From NCBI RefSeq assembly GCF_006345805.1, contig NC_043011.1, positions 55,006,464 to 55,070,463 of the forward strand: a DNA stretch of 64,000 bases. Direction: 5' to 3'. This DNA comes from Octopus sinensis. Lineage: Eukaryota. Below the pieces are notes generated by a model. It worked only from the letters and a program-made list of their open reading frames with translations. It was not told the DNA's origin and did no database searches. Position numbers and translations under genes: made by a program. Below, one piece after another: positions 25,450 through 40,225 of the stretch (position 1 is the first letter of the stretch; each line of letters opens with the position of its first letter).

Positions 25450-26530
25450 CTGGCTGCTGTCATCAAATTTTTAGGTCGCAGCTTGCAAGGGTGGCTATGC
25501 GGGCATTTGAGGGTATATATGAAAGGGCCACTATAAAAAGCAGTGATCCCAAGACAGTGCCCTGTGGAACACCGCTCACTATTTGTGTTGTTCATAGAGG
25601 TGCCCACTACTGCCTGACTCCTGTCTTTCAGAAAGTCATGTAACTACTCTCCATGTTTTCCAGCTATGCCAAGGTCACAATTTGTGGCATATCATACCAT
25701 GATCCACCTTGTCAAAAGCTTTTGCAAAATCAAGGTATATTATGTCCACAATTGATTTGTTGAGTAACTGCCTCAATACCCAGTCATAATGTTGTAAGAG
25801 CTTGGTTAGGCAGCTCCTACCTGGTCGAAAACCATGCTGGGTATCACTCAGCAAATTATTTTCTATTTGTATTCCGTCCTTCCTTTTCTTGTGGTGGGAA
25901 CTTTTTTCCTCTTCCGGTTTTCTAATGGCTTCTGTCTTTTTAAGAAGTCATGCAACCATTCTCCCAGTTTTCCAACTATGCTGAGTCCCCATAACTTGTG
26001 ACATATCATCCCATGATCAATCTTATCAAAGACCTTTGCAAAATCGAGACACATCACATTCACATTTTAGCAATTCGTTAATTGTTTCAACACCCAGTCA
26101 TGATGCTGCACAAGCTGTGTAAGGCAGCTTCTCCCTGAGAGGAAGTCATGCTGGGTGCCAGGGAGCAAGTCATTATCTTCAGGAAACACGATCAGTTTCC
26201 TCCTGACAATGTGTTCCATGACTTTACTGACATGGGAAGTTAGAGGGACATGACTGCAATTTTTAGCATCTGCTCTGTCTACTCTGCTACCTCACTCAAG
26301 GATAGAACATATTATGCCTTCCTTTAATTTTCTGGGAAGTGACCCAGTTGTGAGGAAGCTCTGAAAGAGGACCTGTAGTGGTCATGCTGGAGCCCCTTGC
26401 GTTTCTTCATGAGGATTGCTGGGAATCCATCAAGACCTGTGGCTGAGTTTCAGCTCATTTCATCGATAGCTGATGTTAAATCCATTTCCTTTATTTTGAT
26501 GTTATCAATAATTGCCATCTCAGAGTTGTG
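25450..26530 (-). mobile_element. CR1-clade RT fragments (two overlapping homologous pieces)
   Basis: LDFAK(A/V)FDK(V/I)DHGMICHKL occurs twice (near 25700-25750 and 26000-26050). Confidence 0.75.
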
Positions 26531-26848
26531 GTGCTGGAGAACTCATGAGGCATAGGTATTTGCAAGTGCCCCAATGGAATTGTGAAAATATTCTTGTATT
26601 GCACATTCTGTATGAATGTTGATATCTTTGTGGATTTCTGAAGTCAACAATGTAGATATCTGATGTGAAGTGTTTGTTATTTATTTTTATTATACATTAT
26701 CTATGGCAGTGGTTCTGAAGTGGTGTGCTAGGGACTTTGTAAAATACAATCTATAGCTTAAGAAAATCTATATAAATACTCGAGTGTTTTGAAAACTGTT
26801 ATTTATGATTTTGCTATACACAAGTATGATTAATGAAGCAAGCTAGAC

Positions 26849-26893
<45 letters not shown>

Positions 26894-29032
26894 ATATATA
26901 TTGTATTTTTAACGTTAGATGATAATTAAAAAAAATCTTCTATACAAAGTGTACCAGTAATTTTTTGTTTGATTGTGAATGAAGCACAAAGTTAAAAAGA
27001 TTTCAGAATTGTTGATCTAATTCAAAAATATATATCATTTCATAATGAAGTACTTGGATATTACAAAAAAGCAACTAGTTTAAACAAACATTTTGCTCCA
27101 TAAATACAATAAAATATGTAAGCACTTTTCCACAAACCTATTCTGTCCTAAGAATGTGTGCATCCACTCTAAGTACATACAGAGCCAACTAATATTCTAT
27201 CAACTTCATGGAAAGGTTTGTCAGGTCACTGGTCAAACTGACATTGAACGTAAAGATGTATGTATGCTAAATTTTCTGTAGCTTTTAAGCACTTATATAA
27301 GTCTACTTATCTCAGATAACAATATTGATTATCAGTGAACAGTCAATATCTTCTATCTCAGAACACTGATATTTCAACTGGGTTCAAGCATATGTAATTC
27401 AAGGACTGATGGTCTCATTTTCAAGAAAAATTATTGGTTTACCATAGGAGATATAAATTAGTCATGGTTTTGTTTGATACTTATGGATTTTATGACATTT
27501 ATGATTAAGTTGTTCAACATGTTTTTGTCCTCATCGCTAATGACTAATGTGTAATTTGTGTCAAAGAAAATGACACTAAGCAACTAATATTTGTGTTTAG
27601 TTATCACTAGGTCTTTATCCATTACTACACTCTCAGTAAAAAATATTCGTTAATCATGCATGTACCTTATTTTAATACTAAACTGGTATATAGTGAAAGT
27701 ACCATTAGTTACTATGGTGACAGCTGTCAACCTATCTATCTTTCACTTTCTCTCTTACTATATTTCTCAGCCCGTTTTTTTTTTTTCTTGAAACAAATTT
27801 TGATTTTATCTTTCACATTCTCTCTCAACAACAACAACAACCAATCAATATTGTGAAATTCTTTTTTTTTTAAGTGTTTTGCATTGTGTCTATCTTGAAA
27901 GACACAGACACACACAACACAAAAAATAACTATATTGTTATATAGCAAAAGTTTTTTTTTTGTTTTTTTGAAGCTATGTTGCATTGTGTTGTCTCTATGT
28001 TGAAAGAAAGACATACACACACACACACACACACAAAGAACCAAAAAAAAGCTATATCATCATCATCATCATCATCATCATTTAACATTCATGTTCCATG
28101 CTGAAAGTCTTTTTGTTTTGAAGTTGTGTTGACTGACTTGCACTTAAAATACACGCATTTTTAAGCAAAGATTGTTAGTTACTATGGTGACAACACTATC
28201 TATCTATCTATCCATCCATCTATCTATCTTTCACACATACTCTCATGGTGTATTTCTCTCAACTGTAACTTTTTCTCCTCCCCGTCATCTTAAAATACAT
28301 TGCAATGTATATTTCGATTCCTCTCCTTCTCCTTCCTCTTGTAGATGTTGTGACAGACAGACAAATGGAAATCCACTACTCTTTTATAAAGTAAGATGAA
28401 TTAATTTCCAAGGCTGATATATAAATCCTTGATAGAAAGTGAAAAAAAAAACCCCTAGCATATCATTTAAGAAGTATGGGATTCAACTTTCACTAATAAA
28501 CTTAGCATAATTTTTTAAATAGATTTCTTTGTCATGAAGATATCTTCTTCTTATTGCTTGCAAACAGTAAAATAAAACACAATACTGTAGCTACATTCTT
28601 TCATTAAAAGTCTTTGATTAAGGTTTTTACTGATATTTAAAAAAAATTTTGTAATAACTTTGATAATTTCTTTTAAAAAACATTCTTCTCAATGTCTACT
28701 TCACTTTCCAAATTTCATTCCATTCTTGCAGAAATTATACTGAGTATTTGAAGTATCCTGAATGATAAATGTTCTAAGTGCTGCCTTCCTCATCTTGAAC
28801 TAGAAAGTTTACAACAATACTAGACAGAGTAAATAGCTTTTGAAAAGGACATCCCAAAGATAACAAAATTATGGAAAATTAGGCCAAAAATTATTACTAA
28901 CCTATTAATGGGTTTTTAATTTTCTTTTTTCAATGTTGTTAATTACAGCTAGGGTGTGGACATGTTGATGTTTTTCATTTAATTATATTGCTATGCTGTT
29001 TCTGATTGAGACATTAACTCACAGAGATCTAG

Positions 29033-29310
29033 TATCATCATCATCGTTTAACGTCCGCTTTCCATGCTAGCATTGGTTGGACGGTTTGACTGAGGGCTGG
29101 CGAACCAGATGGCTGTACCAGGCTCCAGTCTTGATCTGGCAGAGTTTCTACAGCTGGATGCCCTTCCTGACGCCAACCACTCCAAGAGTGTAGTGGGTGC
29201 TTTTTACGTCAGGTGGTACTGGCAATGACCTCACTCGAATCTTTTTACACATGCCACCGGCACAGGTGCCAGTAAGGCGATGTTGGTAACGATCACACTC
29301 AAATGCAGCC
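29033..29310 (-). mobile_element. RTE 3' UTR fragment
   Basis: CATCATCGTTTAACGTCCG...GGATGCCCTTCCTGACGCCAACCAC. Confidence 0.8.
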
Positions 29311-29924
29311 AGTATATCTGGCTGTAAATAGTTGGGGAGTTACAATTTTTCACTATTGTAAACAATTGAGTTGTTATGTAAATAATGAATATTTCATTAG
29401 TTTAGATACACCTCCGTAAACTACTCCTTAGTTTCTTCTTTTGAATCATTTTCTGAAAACAAAGTTTTATTCTCTTTTTAGATTCTCTGTATATTTTTTA
29501 TGTTTAAAACAAGGTAGAAAATATGATATATTTGAAAACACGATACATAACAGATTCATTTACGAAAGGGGTTTACAGTTATGAATTATAACAACTAGAA
29601 AATTAATGATTATTAATTAACTCTCTGCAATTGTATGAAGATACACAATTGCCCGCAAGTGTTTTAATTTATGTGCTTTGAATGAGTCATTTTTTGATTA
29701 GTTAAGAATATGGCATCTGATGATAAACAAGTGGTTACCTTATTATTGTATTCTCTCATTTTAGACAAGATTAAATTAATTAAATTCTGTTTTTTCTTTT
29801 TGCTTATTGTTATTTGTACCACCTGTTAACAACAGTGAATGTTAGCATTTCCCTTCTATTTCCAACAAAATTGCTTTTAGATTATTTTTTAGTCTCATCT
29901 AAATAAGTTAATTTTCATTAATTT

Positions 29925-29970
29925 GACACAACGTTTCGGCTGATATACCCTCCAGCCTTCATCAGGTGTC
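29925..29970 (-). ncRNA. Minimal type-I hammerhead ribozyme of a Penelope-like terminal repeat fragment
   Basis: GACAC-CTGATGA-A-GGCTG(GAGGGTATAT)CAGCC-GAA-ACGT-T-GTGTC. Confidence 0.8.
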
Positions 29971-30569
29971 TTGGAGAAATTTCGAACCTGGTTTCTCATT
30001 CCTAAGATATTTTTCGATGTTGTTGTTATTATTATCATTATTGATAAAGTATGTTGTCATGTACTGCTGTGACTCCATTTATATTTTCTCCCAAAATTCA
30101 TGGCTATCTCAGGTCATCTTTCCCTTTCATCCCTCTGGCATTGATAAAATAAGGAACTAGTCAAGTACTAGTAATCATACAATCAACTTATTTCCTCCTC
30201 TTAAAATTGCTGGCTTCTTTCTTAAATCAGAAACAATTGTTGCTGTTGTTATTAACCATGTTGTTTCTACTTTATGCAGAATCTTATATAAACATGTTGT
30301 ACAGTGTTAAAAGTATCTGTTTCCATTTATTACCCATTGAAATATGAAGGCAATTTTTTAAAGATGTTTTGAGTGTCATGTTTTCACTACTGTCTCTCTC
30401 TTCTCTTCCAACAAGTTCTAATACGCATATAACCCATGGTAATAATTATCTCATTATATTCACATATTTTCTCATTTCAGTTTCTACTAGGTGTGTTTTC
30501 ACAGAGTTTTTTCTTGCTAATCATCAGGCCATGTCAATAAAAATCTTTCTTTTTCTTTTCATTTTTCAT

Positions 30570-32610
30570 AACGATGTTTCGCTTATTGGCATCAATTGCT
30601 TTATCCGCTTTGATATGTGTATTCTATGAGAGAGTGACCTTTTCATTTTCAGTGGCTAGGTGTTTGTACCATTTCTCTGTTGATTTTATCTTAGGTTTCT
30701 GAAAATGTTCCAATGCAGAAATGCTGATACATTGTTGTGTTACCTGATATATTCTGTTGTTGGTAGAACGTGATTTTCTTTCATATTTTCTGCACATCTT
30801 TCTTTATAGGTCTGTTATATCTTTAATCTCTGATAGAATATAATGAAGAAACCCCTAATGTTAGCATTACTAATCAACCTCTTTGTCTCTATTGAGACAC
30901 TGGTTTTTCTATTTCTGTTCTATTTATTTTCCTAAGATATTTGCTTTGTCCTTCCAATTCTTTTGAATTTGTTATTCAATATTACACAGCTTTACTTTTC
31001 ATTTCTTTCATACAAATCTATGGCCTTCTATTAATGTGACAAACCCCCCTCCACACCATCATCATTATTATTATTATTATTATTATTATTTATGGCTTGA
31101 GAGATAAACGTATCAAGTTTCCCTTATATTGAAAAGACAGGTATATTTTGGAAACTTATGTATAGAAATCTTCAAGATTAACAAATACTTTGTGAGAAAA
31201 CTTTAAGATTTACAAATCCTGATATTACTATTTTCTGAAATATCTGTTGCTGCATTGACTGTCCTTGTAATCTGTTTATTTTTACTGACGTGGTTGTATA
31301 TGATTCCATTTGTATTGATTGCGAACAGAATGATGGATACATATCTACCTTTAATTCACTTCTGGGCAATATGTGGGATATTCATACACCCTTTTCATGT
31401 TTGTCTATATCTATATACAATGTTCCAAAGTGTCTTTTCTAAGACAAGTGGAGACTGATATGTATTTCACAGAACTTTTTGTCATTTAAAAGTCAAACTT
31501 GAGCTACCAGACATACATAGAGTAACTTTGCTATGTTGTATCTCAAGATGTATTTGGTGGTGAGAGCCAAATGTGGATATCCGAATACAATGGAAGTTAT
31601 TGTTCCAGCAAATATACCACATATATCGTATTTATCATTTTAGAGAAATTCTAGATAATTCTCTGTTTCATGGTAATGGTCTCTTTTATATGAAAATGCT
31701 ATTTCTGTTGCTCCATTGCCTTGTTTAGTCTGCGTTTGTTTATTTAGGCCAGAATCAGTTTTCTTTTTCTTTTTTTCTTTTTTTTAATGTTTGGAAAATT
31801 CAGTTTGCAGAATTATATTGCTCATGTAACAACATATCTTCATGGCTGAAATCTAGTTTTTCTGCCGCTTTAGATTTAGATTTTACTTGTTTGAAATTTC
31901 ATTCAAGTTCTTGGGAGATACGGTCTTAATTTATTACCTTTGATATAGGTGTAGTCAGCAAGCATTTTCGTCATCATCAACAACATTGACAAAGTGCTTA
32001 ATGGTTTTTCATCCAGTTTTATATTCCGAGTTCAAATTCCACTAAGGTTGATTTTGCCTTTTCATCCTTTTGGGTTGATAAAATAAGTATCAGTTGAGCT
32101 CTGGGGTCAACGTAATCAACTTACTCCCTCCCTTAGAACTGATGGCCTTATGCCAAAATTTGAAACTATTATTATTATTATTATTATCATTGCCTTTGCA
32201 CAGCTTCTAACACTGGAGATGAGCAGCACAAATTAGAGCCTCTCTTTCCGGTTTTAAATCACTTTTAGTCATCCACAGCCATTTTTTTCTCTGTCTGTCT
32301 TTTCTTCAACATCCCTATGAAATTGACCATGCATTCTTTTCTTTACTCACCTATTTTCAGTTTCATTTGTTTTCAATTTCTTGTATAGTGCTTTATCTTT
32401 GCAATCTTACATCCTACACAAGCCTGACCTTCCTACTTGTAATAATAGTGGTTCTGTGGCATTTTTTACAAACCGTGCTATGTTTTCTTCTGCTCTCATG
32501 CTGTGTTCACATCCAATAAGTCCTCTTCCCCCACTTTTTCTTGGTACATACAGTCTGTTTGTGTCACTTTTTGGGTGGAGTGACCCATATCTAGTTAGCA
32601 ACTTCCTTGT
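30570..32610 (-). mobile_element. R4/Dong-clade non-LTR fragments (RT thumb and degenerate RLE region), interrupted by SINEs
   Basis: RKTRKLLTRYGSLHPKSDTNRLYVPRKSGGRGL (ORF 32407..32640); degenerate endonuclease-region similarity at 30570-30900 and 31070-31750; pieces abut (ATT)n tracts. Confidence 0.55.
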
Positions 32611-33404
32611 CTTTCTGAGTTCAAATTCCACCAAGGTCAACTTTGCCTTTCATCCTTTCAAGGTTGATAAGTTAAGTACCCATGAAACACTGGGTTGATG
32701 TAATCAATTAGTTCCTCCCCCAAAATTTCAGGCCTTGTGCCTATAATAGAAAGAATTATTATTATTATTCACTGCACATTATGAATATAAAATACTGATT
32801 GTTTTTTAAGATGAATCTTAAATCTCAAACCTTTACAAAAGGTCTTAGACAAAAAGTACCATCCTAAGAATATGATCTGCTCCAAGGAGGTTGATTTGTG
32901 GAGCATTTGTATGTATATCCGTCTTCGTGCCTAACTATTCCAGTTAGTATGATGATAAGTCTCTTTTGGGGATTGAATCTAAATGCTCTGATGGTAACTG
33001 GTAAAACTTTCACTTTTACTGCTGGCAATTTCTTAAATTACTTTATTAAATGCTTTAGAAAATTTTAATTCATTTCTCTGATTTCTGTTTTCATATCATA
33101 TTAGTGTGACAGATAAAACAGTAAAAAAGAAAGCAAGAACTAGGCCAATGTAACTGAGAACTGCTGAGAGAGAAATGGGAGAAAAATGAAGTCCCTTTGC
33201 TTCAAGTGATATTGTAGGTAGTAAGAGTAGTAGTAGTTGGTACAGTGGTGTGTAGTAAAAGTCTTAGAGAATCAAATCCCTAACTCAAGTTCAAATCCTA
33301 GGTGGGTCATTTCATGCACTTTTTGAATGCTTATGAGAAGTGAATCAATATCACTGCTTCCCATGTTTCTTCTGTACAGCTGAAGCTTAATCCTTTTCTT
33401 ATTT

Positions 33405-33670
33405 TGATGAGACCTTTGGAGATATGCTGTGCTTGAGAAGACCCGGCAAGCCAAGTGAGACCATATCCGTGGCCTATGCCAGTGCTGTATAACCAGCCCA
33501 TTTAAGAGTACCTTTCAATCATTGGTCAATAAACTATACTTGCAAAGATCTATCGAGGCAAAAGAAATCGCTGTCGTAGCTGATGACAGTACCGCCTGAT
33601 TGGCACCCATGCCAGTGGAACGTTAAAAGCACCATTCGAGTGTGATCATTGCCAGGGCTGCTGACTGACT
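33405..33670 (+). mobile_element. RTE ORF end / 3' UTR start fragment
   Basis: Matches 21715-21965. Confidence 0.7.
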
Positions 33671-33817
33671 AGCAGCTCAGGTGATCATGTAGTGTATAAA
33701 ACCAATTAGCTATGTTTTCATATCTTATGACAGAATTTGATGTGGGTTTAGTTTTTAAGTATGAGTTATTTGGAAGGACCATAATTTGTCTTCTGTTAGG
33801 ATTTTAGTTGTTGATCT

Positions 33818-34081
33818 CAGTGGTTCCCAAACTTTTTCAGGTTGCCACCCCTTTGACACTCTGGCTACACTCTTAGCGCCCCCACCCCAACCAACCGTCA
33901 CAATCATAGACCTCTTTCTGAAGCAAATTCAAAGCAACTGTATTTCACAAATAAAACTTAACCATTATTTTATTCTTTTTACATGAATCACTACCCCATT
34001 ATTGCCACACTTTTCTTCAGTGCCCCCTTGGAAATTTCCACCACCCCCAAGGGGCAATACTGTCCACTTTGGGAACCACTG
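33818..34081. mobile_element. hAT-type MITE
   Basis: TIR CAGTGGTTCCCAAA / TTTGGGAACCACTG; 8-bp flanks match 5/8. Confidence 0.7.
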
Positions 34082-35288
34082 TTCTATCTTGTAAAAATAT
34101 AAAAAAGTTATTTATTTTTCATTTATCTCTTTTTTATATATTTCTTAATAAAATTCCAGTGCAGGCAATTTTGGAAAAGTTAGAATATTTTCTGACTTTT
34201 CAAAGTATTTTGTTTCTATGTATAGTGTGAAATTGTTTTCCCAGCTTCATTTTGGTAAGAGATTACTTCTAGTTGGCTGTTATTCTGAATATTTTTTCCA
34301 CCCACTTACATTTCAAATGTAGTATAAGTTTCTCCCTTGTTTTGCCATTATTAAATTGTATTTTGGGTGTATCCTAAGTACTGTGACCTTATTTATCATA
34401 GAATCTCTTTCCTTTTCCTCACATGTTTGTTTGTCAAGAGAGCTGGAATACTTGTATTCTTTAATAAGCTCGTATCTAGGCTGTCTCTCTTGTAGATTTC
34501 TCCTTACATTCATTAACTTCCTGTATTTTTTAACATATCTCAGTTTTAATATGCATATTTCAATATAGATATGAGGCTAATGCTGTTTCGCAGCTCTCCT
34601 TGAAAAATGCATTCTTTTAAAAATCTTTTTCCGGATTCCTACATTTTAGATGTCAGAGCTTACGAATATGCAAAAAAAAAAAAAAGATTTTTAACCCCAC
34701 CACCACCATTCCCCCTCCTGTTTAAAGTTTTGAACTTTTTCGAAATTTTTTTCCCCTATGTTTTTAGATGTCAGAAATTCTGAATATACAAGAAATTATG
34801 TTTTCAACATTTTAAATTCAATAAGCTTATAGACATGTGTATAAAGAGATTAGATAGATGTGTCTTCCCAGGGCTAAAAACAACAGTAACACTGTCTTCT
34901 ATAGGACCACCACATTTAGTTGACAAATATATTTTATGAATAAACGGACAGGGATAAAAAGATAGACAGATAACTAAATAAATGGATGAAAAGTTCAAAA
35001 TCGAAAATTGGGGGAGGGAGTGAAATTTGAGCCCCTTATTAAACTTTATAACATTAATTATTAAACATTGTTTGTTTCTCATGAAATGGTGTATATTTAA
35101 TTTGCATTAATTTATTATTCACAATTATTTAAGGCAAACAAGTAAAATGCAAATTCTTTTCACTTTAATGGATGATGATGATAATCTCCAACATCTAAAA
35201 CGTAGGAATCTTTAAAACTTTTTTCAAAAAAGGCATTTTTCAAGGAGAGGTGTGAAACTGCATTTGCCCTATATATGTGTATGTGTGT

Positions 35289-35620
35289 GAAGGCACATGG
35301 CTCAGTGGTTAGTGTCGAGCTTATGATCATGAGGTTGTGAGGTCAAATCCCGGACCGGGCTGCGTGTTGTGTTCTTGAGCAAGACACTTTATTTCACGTT
35401 GCTCCAGTTCACTCAGCTGTAGAAATGAGTTGCGGTGTCACAGGTGCCAAGCTGTATCGGCCTTTGCCTTTCCCTTGGATAACATTGGTGGCGTGGAGAG
35501 GGGAGGCCGGTATGCATGGATGACTGCTGGTCTTCCATAAACAACCTTGCGCAGATTTGTGCCTGGGAGAGTAACTTTCTCGGTGCAATCCCATGAGTAG
35601 TCATGACCGAAGGGGGTCTC
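35289..35620 (+). mobile_element. tRNA-derived SINE, family D (CORE-like centre)
   Basis: A-box TGGCTCAGTGG, B-box-like GGTCAAATCCC, CTTGAGCAAGACACTT...CCAGTTCACTCAGCTGTAG. Confidence 0.75.
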
Positions 35621-35656
35621 AGCATATATATATATATTATTGTTTATGTATATGTA

Positions 35657-35920
35657 TTGGGCCATCCCATAAATAATGTGGGTTTTATTGAACTAAAAGT
35701 TTGAGGGGAACTAGATAAACTACCTGCAACAACTTGCAATAAAAGCAGGTTGTAATTTTACCTTGTTCTTATTGTTAGTGCAAATTTTGAAGAGTGCAGT
35801 TCGATTTTAAGTTATTTTTTCAAAGCTGTAATGGAAGTGACAAAGGAACATATTCACCATATTTTGCTTTATGAGTTCAATAAAGGTGACAACTAACAGA
35901 AAGTGCAAGGAATATTAATG
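35657..35920 (+). mobile_element. mariner 5' end fragment
   Basis: TA-TTGGGCCATCCCATAAATAATG terminus; MEVTKEHIHHILLYEFNKG transposase N-terminus; cut by an RTE fragment at 35921-36165. Confidence 0.7.
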
Positions 35921-37489
35921 CGTGGTGAAGCACAACCTTCGAACTTTAGGTCTCACCGAGGCAATGACTAGTGACCGAGACCTTTGGAAGTATGCTGTGC
36001 GTGAGAAGACCCAGCAGGACGAGACCACAAGCCGTGGCCTTTACCTGGGATGTAGCCAGTCCATTTATGCATACCTTTTCTTCTTGGGACACAAAACTCT
36101 GCTTGTGAAAACCTGTTGAGGCAAGTGAAATTGAAATTGATCAAATGGAAATTGTAGTTGTGATAAATTTCGAGAAGCTATCAATTTTGATTGAAATTTT
36201 AATTTTTGGCCCTGAATATGCTTAAAACTTTGTAAAACTCATTTCATGAATAGCAGCAACAAGTCACAATGGAAAAGGACATTTATCATCTAAACATGTT
36301 GTGCAGCTACTTCAAGTTAAATAGTTAAGATTGTTTTTAGAATATAAAGTGTTTTTGTTTATTTTAAGGTAAAAGTAAAATCCAAACTTTGGGATATGTT
36401 TATTTATGAAAAAAAGTTTCAAAATATAGGAAAAGCAAAAATAACAAACACTGCCTTTTGTATAATATTCAAAACAGATGTTAAATATTGATGATGAAAA
36501 TATTTGCCAAACACAGTTAGTGAAGAATTCTGTGTATTTAGCTCCCAAATTTACTCCTCTTTCTACTTGTATGGATAGTAAGATGTTAAAATTCCTGAGC
36601 CCTTCCCTACTGAAGCTGCTATTATTATCAGTTTTTGATGCCTGCTGGACACTCTCACTGCATTTGTAGACATTAAATAAATAGTTGAAATAATTAAATA
36701 GAATAATGTTAAGAGTTCTGACTACAGTTGTTGCTTTAACAGTTGTTATTTAAGTGGAAATGTTAAAGGTGGATGGCTAGGTTATTATGTCTAGTTTGAA
36801 ACATTACTTATTGTGGAATATGTTATCATTTAGAAGGGAATAAAGAGTAAAGAATAATGAAATGTTGTGTGGAGTCAGCAGTATTAAGGAATGTGTATTC
36901 TTTTGAATGTTTTAAAGGGGGAGGAAGTGCTCCAGATTTGAGGTTTGGCATAAATGGAGTAAGATTAATGGCAGTTGATGTTCAGTTTAAATCATTGGAG
37001 GTTAATTTATGTAGAGATGTGGCCAGGAAGGGAATGAAGCTCTTGAGAAGGAACATTGCTTAGTAAAATGTTTTGTATGGTGGTCAGGAATTGAAACAAT
37101 TTAGGAGTGGGGAGGAAAAGTGGGTTTAGAGACTATTGTAATGTTGGTAGAAGAGATAATGAACACAGCCTAACGGTGGTGGTTGTTGTCATGGATGTTT
37201 ATTTTCTGTTCACTTCTGATGAGGTAGACCTGTGGTCAAAAGATTTTCTATTCATGAACATCCCATGTTTTATGTATATTCAGGTCTACGTTGTCTAATG
37301 TGTCATTCTCTTTTTAAGTTGATGGGATGTATCATCGAGAAGATTTAGCTTCTGTTTCTAGCAAGTCAAACATAAACACAAGTAGTTGTTCAGAGATGAA
37401 ATATTTTCAGTTTCTGATAGGAAGGCCAGCCTTTACACTGAGGTTGCATGAAAAGTTATTGGAGATCTTTGAAGTAAAAAAAACCAAAC

Positions 37490-37860
37490 AATTGTCTGTG
37501 TGGTATGAAGCTTACTTCCCAACCACGTGGTTCCCTGCTCAGTCCCACTGTATGGCACCTTGGACAAACATCTTTTACTATAGCCTTGGCCTGACCAAAG
37601 CCTTGTCAGTGGATTTGGCTGACAGAAACTGAAAGAAGCCTGTCGTGTGTGTGTCTTTGTGTCTGTGTTTGTCCCTTACTACTACTTGACAACTAGTGTT
37701 GGTGTGTTTACATCCCCATAACTTAACAGCTCTGCAAAGGAGACCAAGAGAATAAGCACCAAACTTTAAAAAATAAGTACTGGGATTAATTCACTCGATT
37801 AAAATCATTCAAGGCAGTGCTCCAGTATGGCCACCATCTAATAACTGAAACAAGTAAAAC
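37490..37860 (+). mobile_element. SINE family B
   Basis: Family B head, centre and tail. Confidence 0.8.
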
Positions 37861-38289
37861 AAAGATATTTTTTACCTTTCAGTTTTGTCTGGAGGAACAG
37901 ATTAAAAAAATATTTTGTTGTTGGTTTAGTCTAGATGAAAACGCTGGGCCGTTGACCTTCACAGTCCCTTTGAGACATGAAGGATAATAGATATTGGGGA
38001 GAAGGAAGGGCTTTAGTAAAATGATTTGTGCTAGGGTTGGCTATCACGCAACACATACACTCACATATACATCATTATTACAATAAAAACCAGGACAGAT
38101 GCAAGGATTAAGAAAAAAAGAAAACAACCCATTTGTTTCATGTTTATTTGTTCAAATTTCACCAATGTTAGCCCTTCATTCTGGTAGAAAGACTGTAGTA
38201 GTAGTATAGTATTTTAAACTAGTTTGATCATTATTTAATGAAATATTTCTTTTCTCCTTCGTCAGTTATCATCATTATCATCATGTCCA

Positions 38290-39210
38290 TTTTTTAATGC
38301 TTGCTAGAGTTGGACATGTCTTCTTCAGCACAGTTGTCTTGCTATTTGTTGTAGTTCTGTTGTCATCTCCTTTTTGAGGTTTAGCCTCTTTTGAAACCCT
38401 CCTTCACTGCTGTTTCCTTTATCTTCCATGGTCTTACTCTTCTGCAGGATCCTTCTACTCAGAGCTTCCATAGAAATGGATTCCATAACCTAATGTTGTT
38501 GGAACACTGCTTTGTTTTTGTTGTTTAGATTTATCCCTAGGTTAGCTTTGACTGAGCAAGCCTTTGATCAAAAGCACTCCAGCTTTGACCATCTCCTATA
38601 TGTTTTCTTGCTTACTAGGACCTTATTCTTTGCTAAGTTAACCTTAAGGCCCTTAGATTCCAGGTGATGGGCCCCTACCTGTACACCAAATTTTTCATTG
38701 TACTCATGCTTAACTCTCACCTTACTGATAGTGTCTTTGTACATGGCCTGTACAGCTTTCACCAGCCATTCATCTATCCCTAGCCACTTCAGAGCCTACC
38801 GTATCACACAGCAGGGCACTTTATCAAAGGCTTTCTCTAGATCAACAAATGCCAGGTATAATGGTTTATTCTTAGCTAAGTACTTTTCTTGCAGTTGCTT
38901 CACTATGGAAATAGTATCAGTAGTGCTTCTTCCTCAGACAAAGCTGAACTGCATTTCATCTAACTTAATTCTGCTCTTAATTAATTGGGCTTCTTCTGTA
39001 ATTTTCATCTCTATTAGTTTTGCATTACCCTTACACTTCTTGCAGCTAACACTTATGAGAGTACCCCAGTTACTGGGTAATGCACCTTTCTGAATGACCT
39101 TATTAACTATGCAGCTGACTATCCCATATCCTACCTTACCAGATATTTTGAGCATCTCAGCTGTGATTCCGAATGGACCAGGGGCTTTCCTGGTTCCCAT
39201 GTTTTTAATT
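38290..39210 (-). mobile_element. RTE RT fragment with internal deletions
   Basis: KAPGPFGITAEMLK, IKLDEMQFSF, VQAMYK...VRV, LESKGLKVNLAK. Confidence 0.75.
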
Positions 39211-40225
39211 GCTTTATGTATAATTATATATTTATGTGTGTATGCTTATCAAATAACTTGTAAACAATTGCTGCTTTATACTGTAAAGGTCATTGTCTTT
39301 CTATAGACTGTTGTTTTTGGTTTTTTTAATTTTTGATATTATAAGCTGTGATGCCCATATGGGTACATTTCTTTGCATAAAATGGCTCTCACATTAAATG
39401 TTTTAAGTTTAATCTTTACTACAGGAATTATGTTGTATTGTTAGACAAAGAATATTATTTGGTTTCACTGCATGAAATTAAGTGGAAAAAAACTTTTAAG
39501 GATATTCAACAAGCAGACTTGTTAAACCCTGGGACCAAGATTTTGTTATGCTTAAAATGGAACCGTCATCGTCATCACTAATGATGGTGTGTATCTTTCT
39601 GTGTCTGCTTAATTTGGCTTACTTCTCACATTTGCCTTTAAATGTTTCTAGTCACAGTTCTTCATCAGTATGCATTACCCATTGGCATCACATTAAGATG
39701 AAGAAAAAACTTGTGTAGTTTTCCCCCACTGCATCTATTGGTGTCTTCACAGCCTGTCATTTTCTCAACTCAGTTTTATTTAGCTTTTTTTGTCACATAC
39801 ATTTCCCAACCAATGCACCATATTCCACCTGTTACTCCTCACCTTCTCATTCCACTGCCATGTGGCAATGGTTCTTACTTATGCCTTTGTTTTCAAACTC
39901 TTCCTACTCTCTAACTGTAGCCATTAGTCTTGATACCAATGAACAATTTCTATGTATTATGGCCCAATATTTCACTGCTGGCTGTTGAGCTGTCATTTGT
40001 AATCTTTATTATAATCTACATGTTGTAAAGATTCTTTTTTATTGTACATTGTATAATTAATAGGACACAACATGTTATTTATACACAAACTTAGTAAAAT
40101 TAAGAAAAGGTATTGATTCTTCTGCAAATGGTGATTGAAGGAAAAAGTGAAAAAATAAAAAAAATGGAAGGAAGATTATCACAAAATTGGATCAGACAAA
40201 TTAAAAATGATTGAATACAAGAAGT

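Noticed and set aside
39605-39680. Minus-strand CTGATGA...GAAA with a 6-bp potential stem III
   Set aside because: Position 17 would be G, stem I does not pair, and stem II is marginal.
39955-39969. Possible right TIR of the mariner starting at 35657
   Set aside because: Only ~11 bp match, with no transposase sequence in between to link them.
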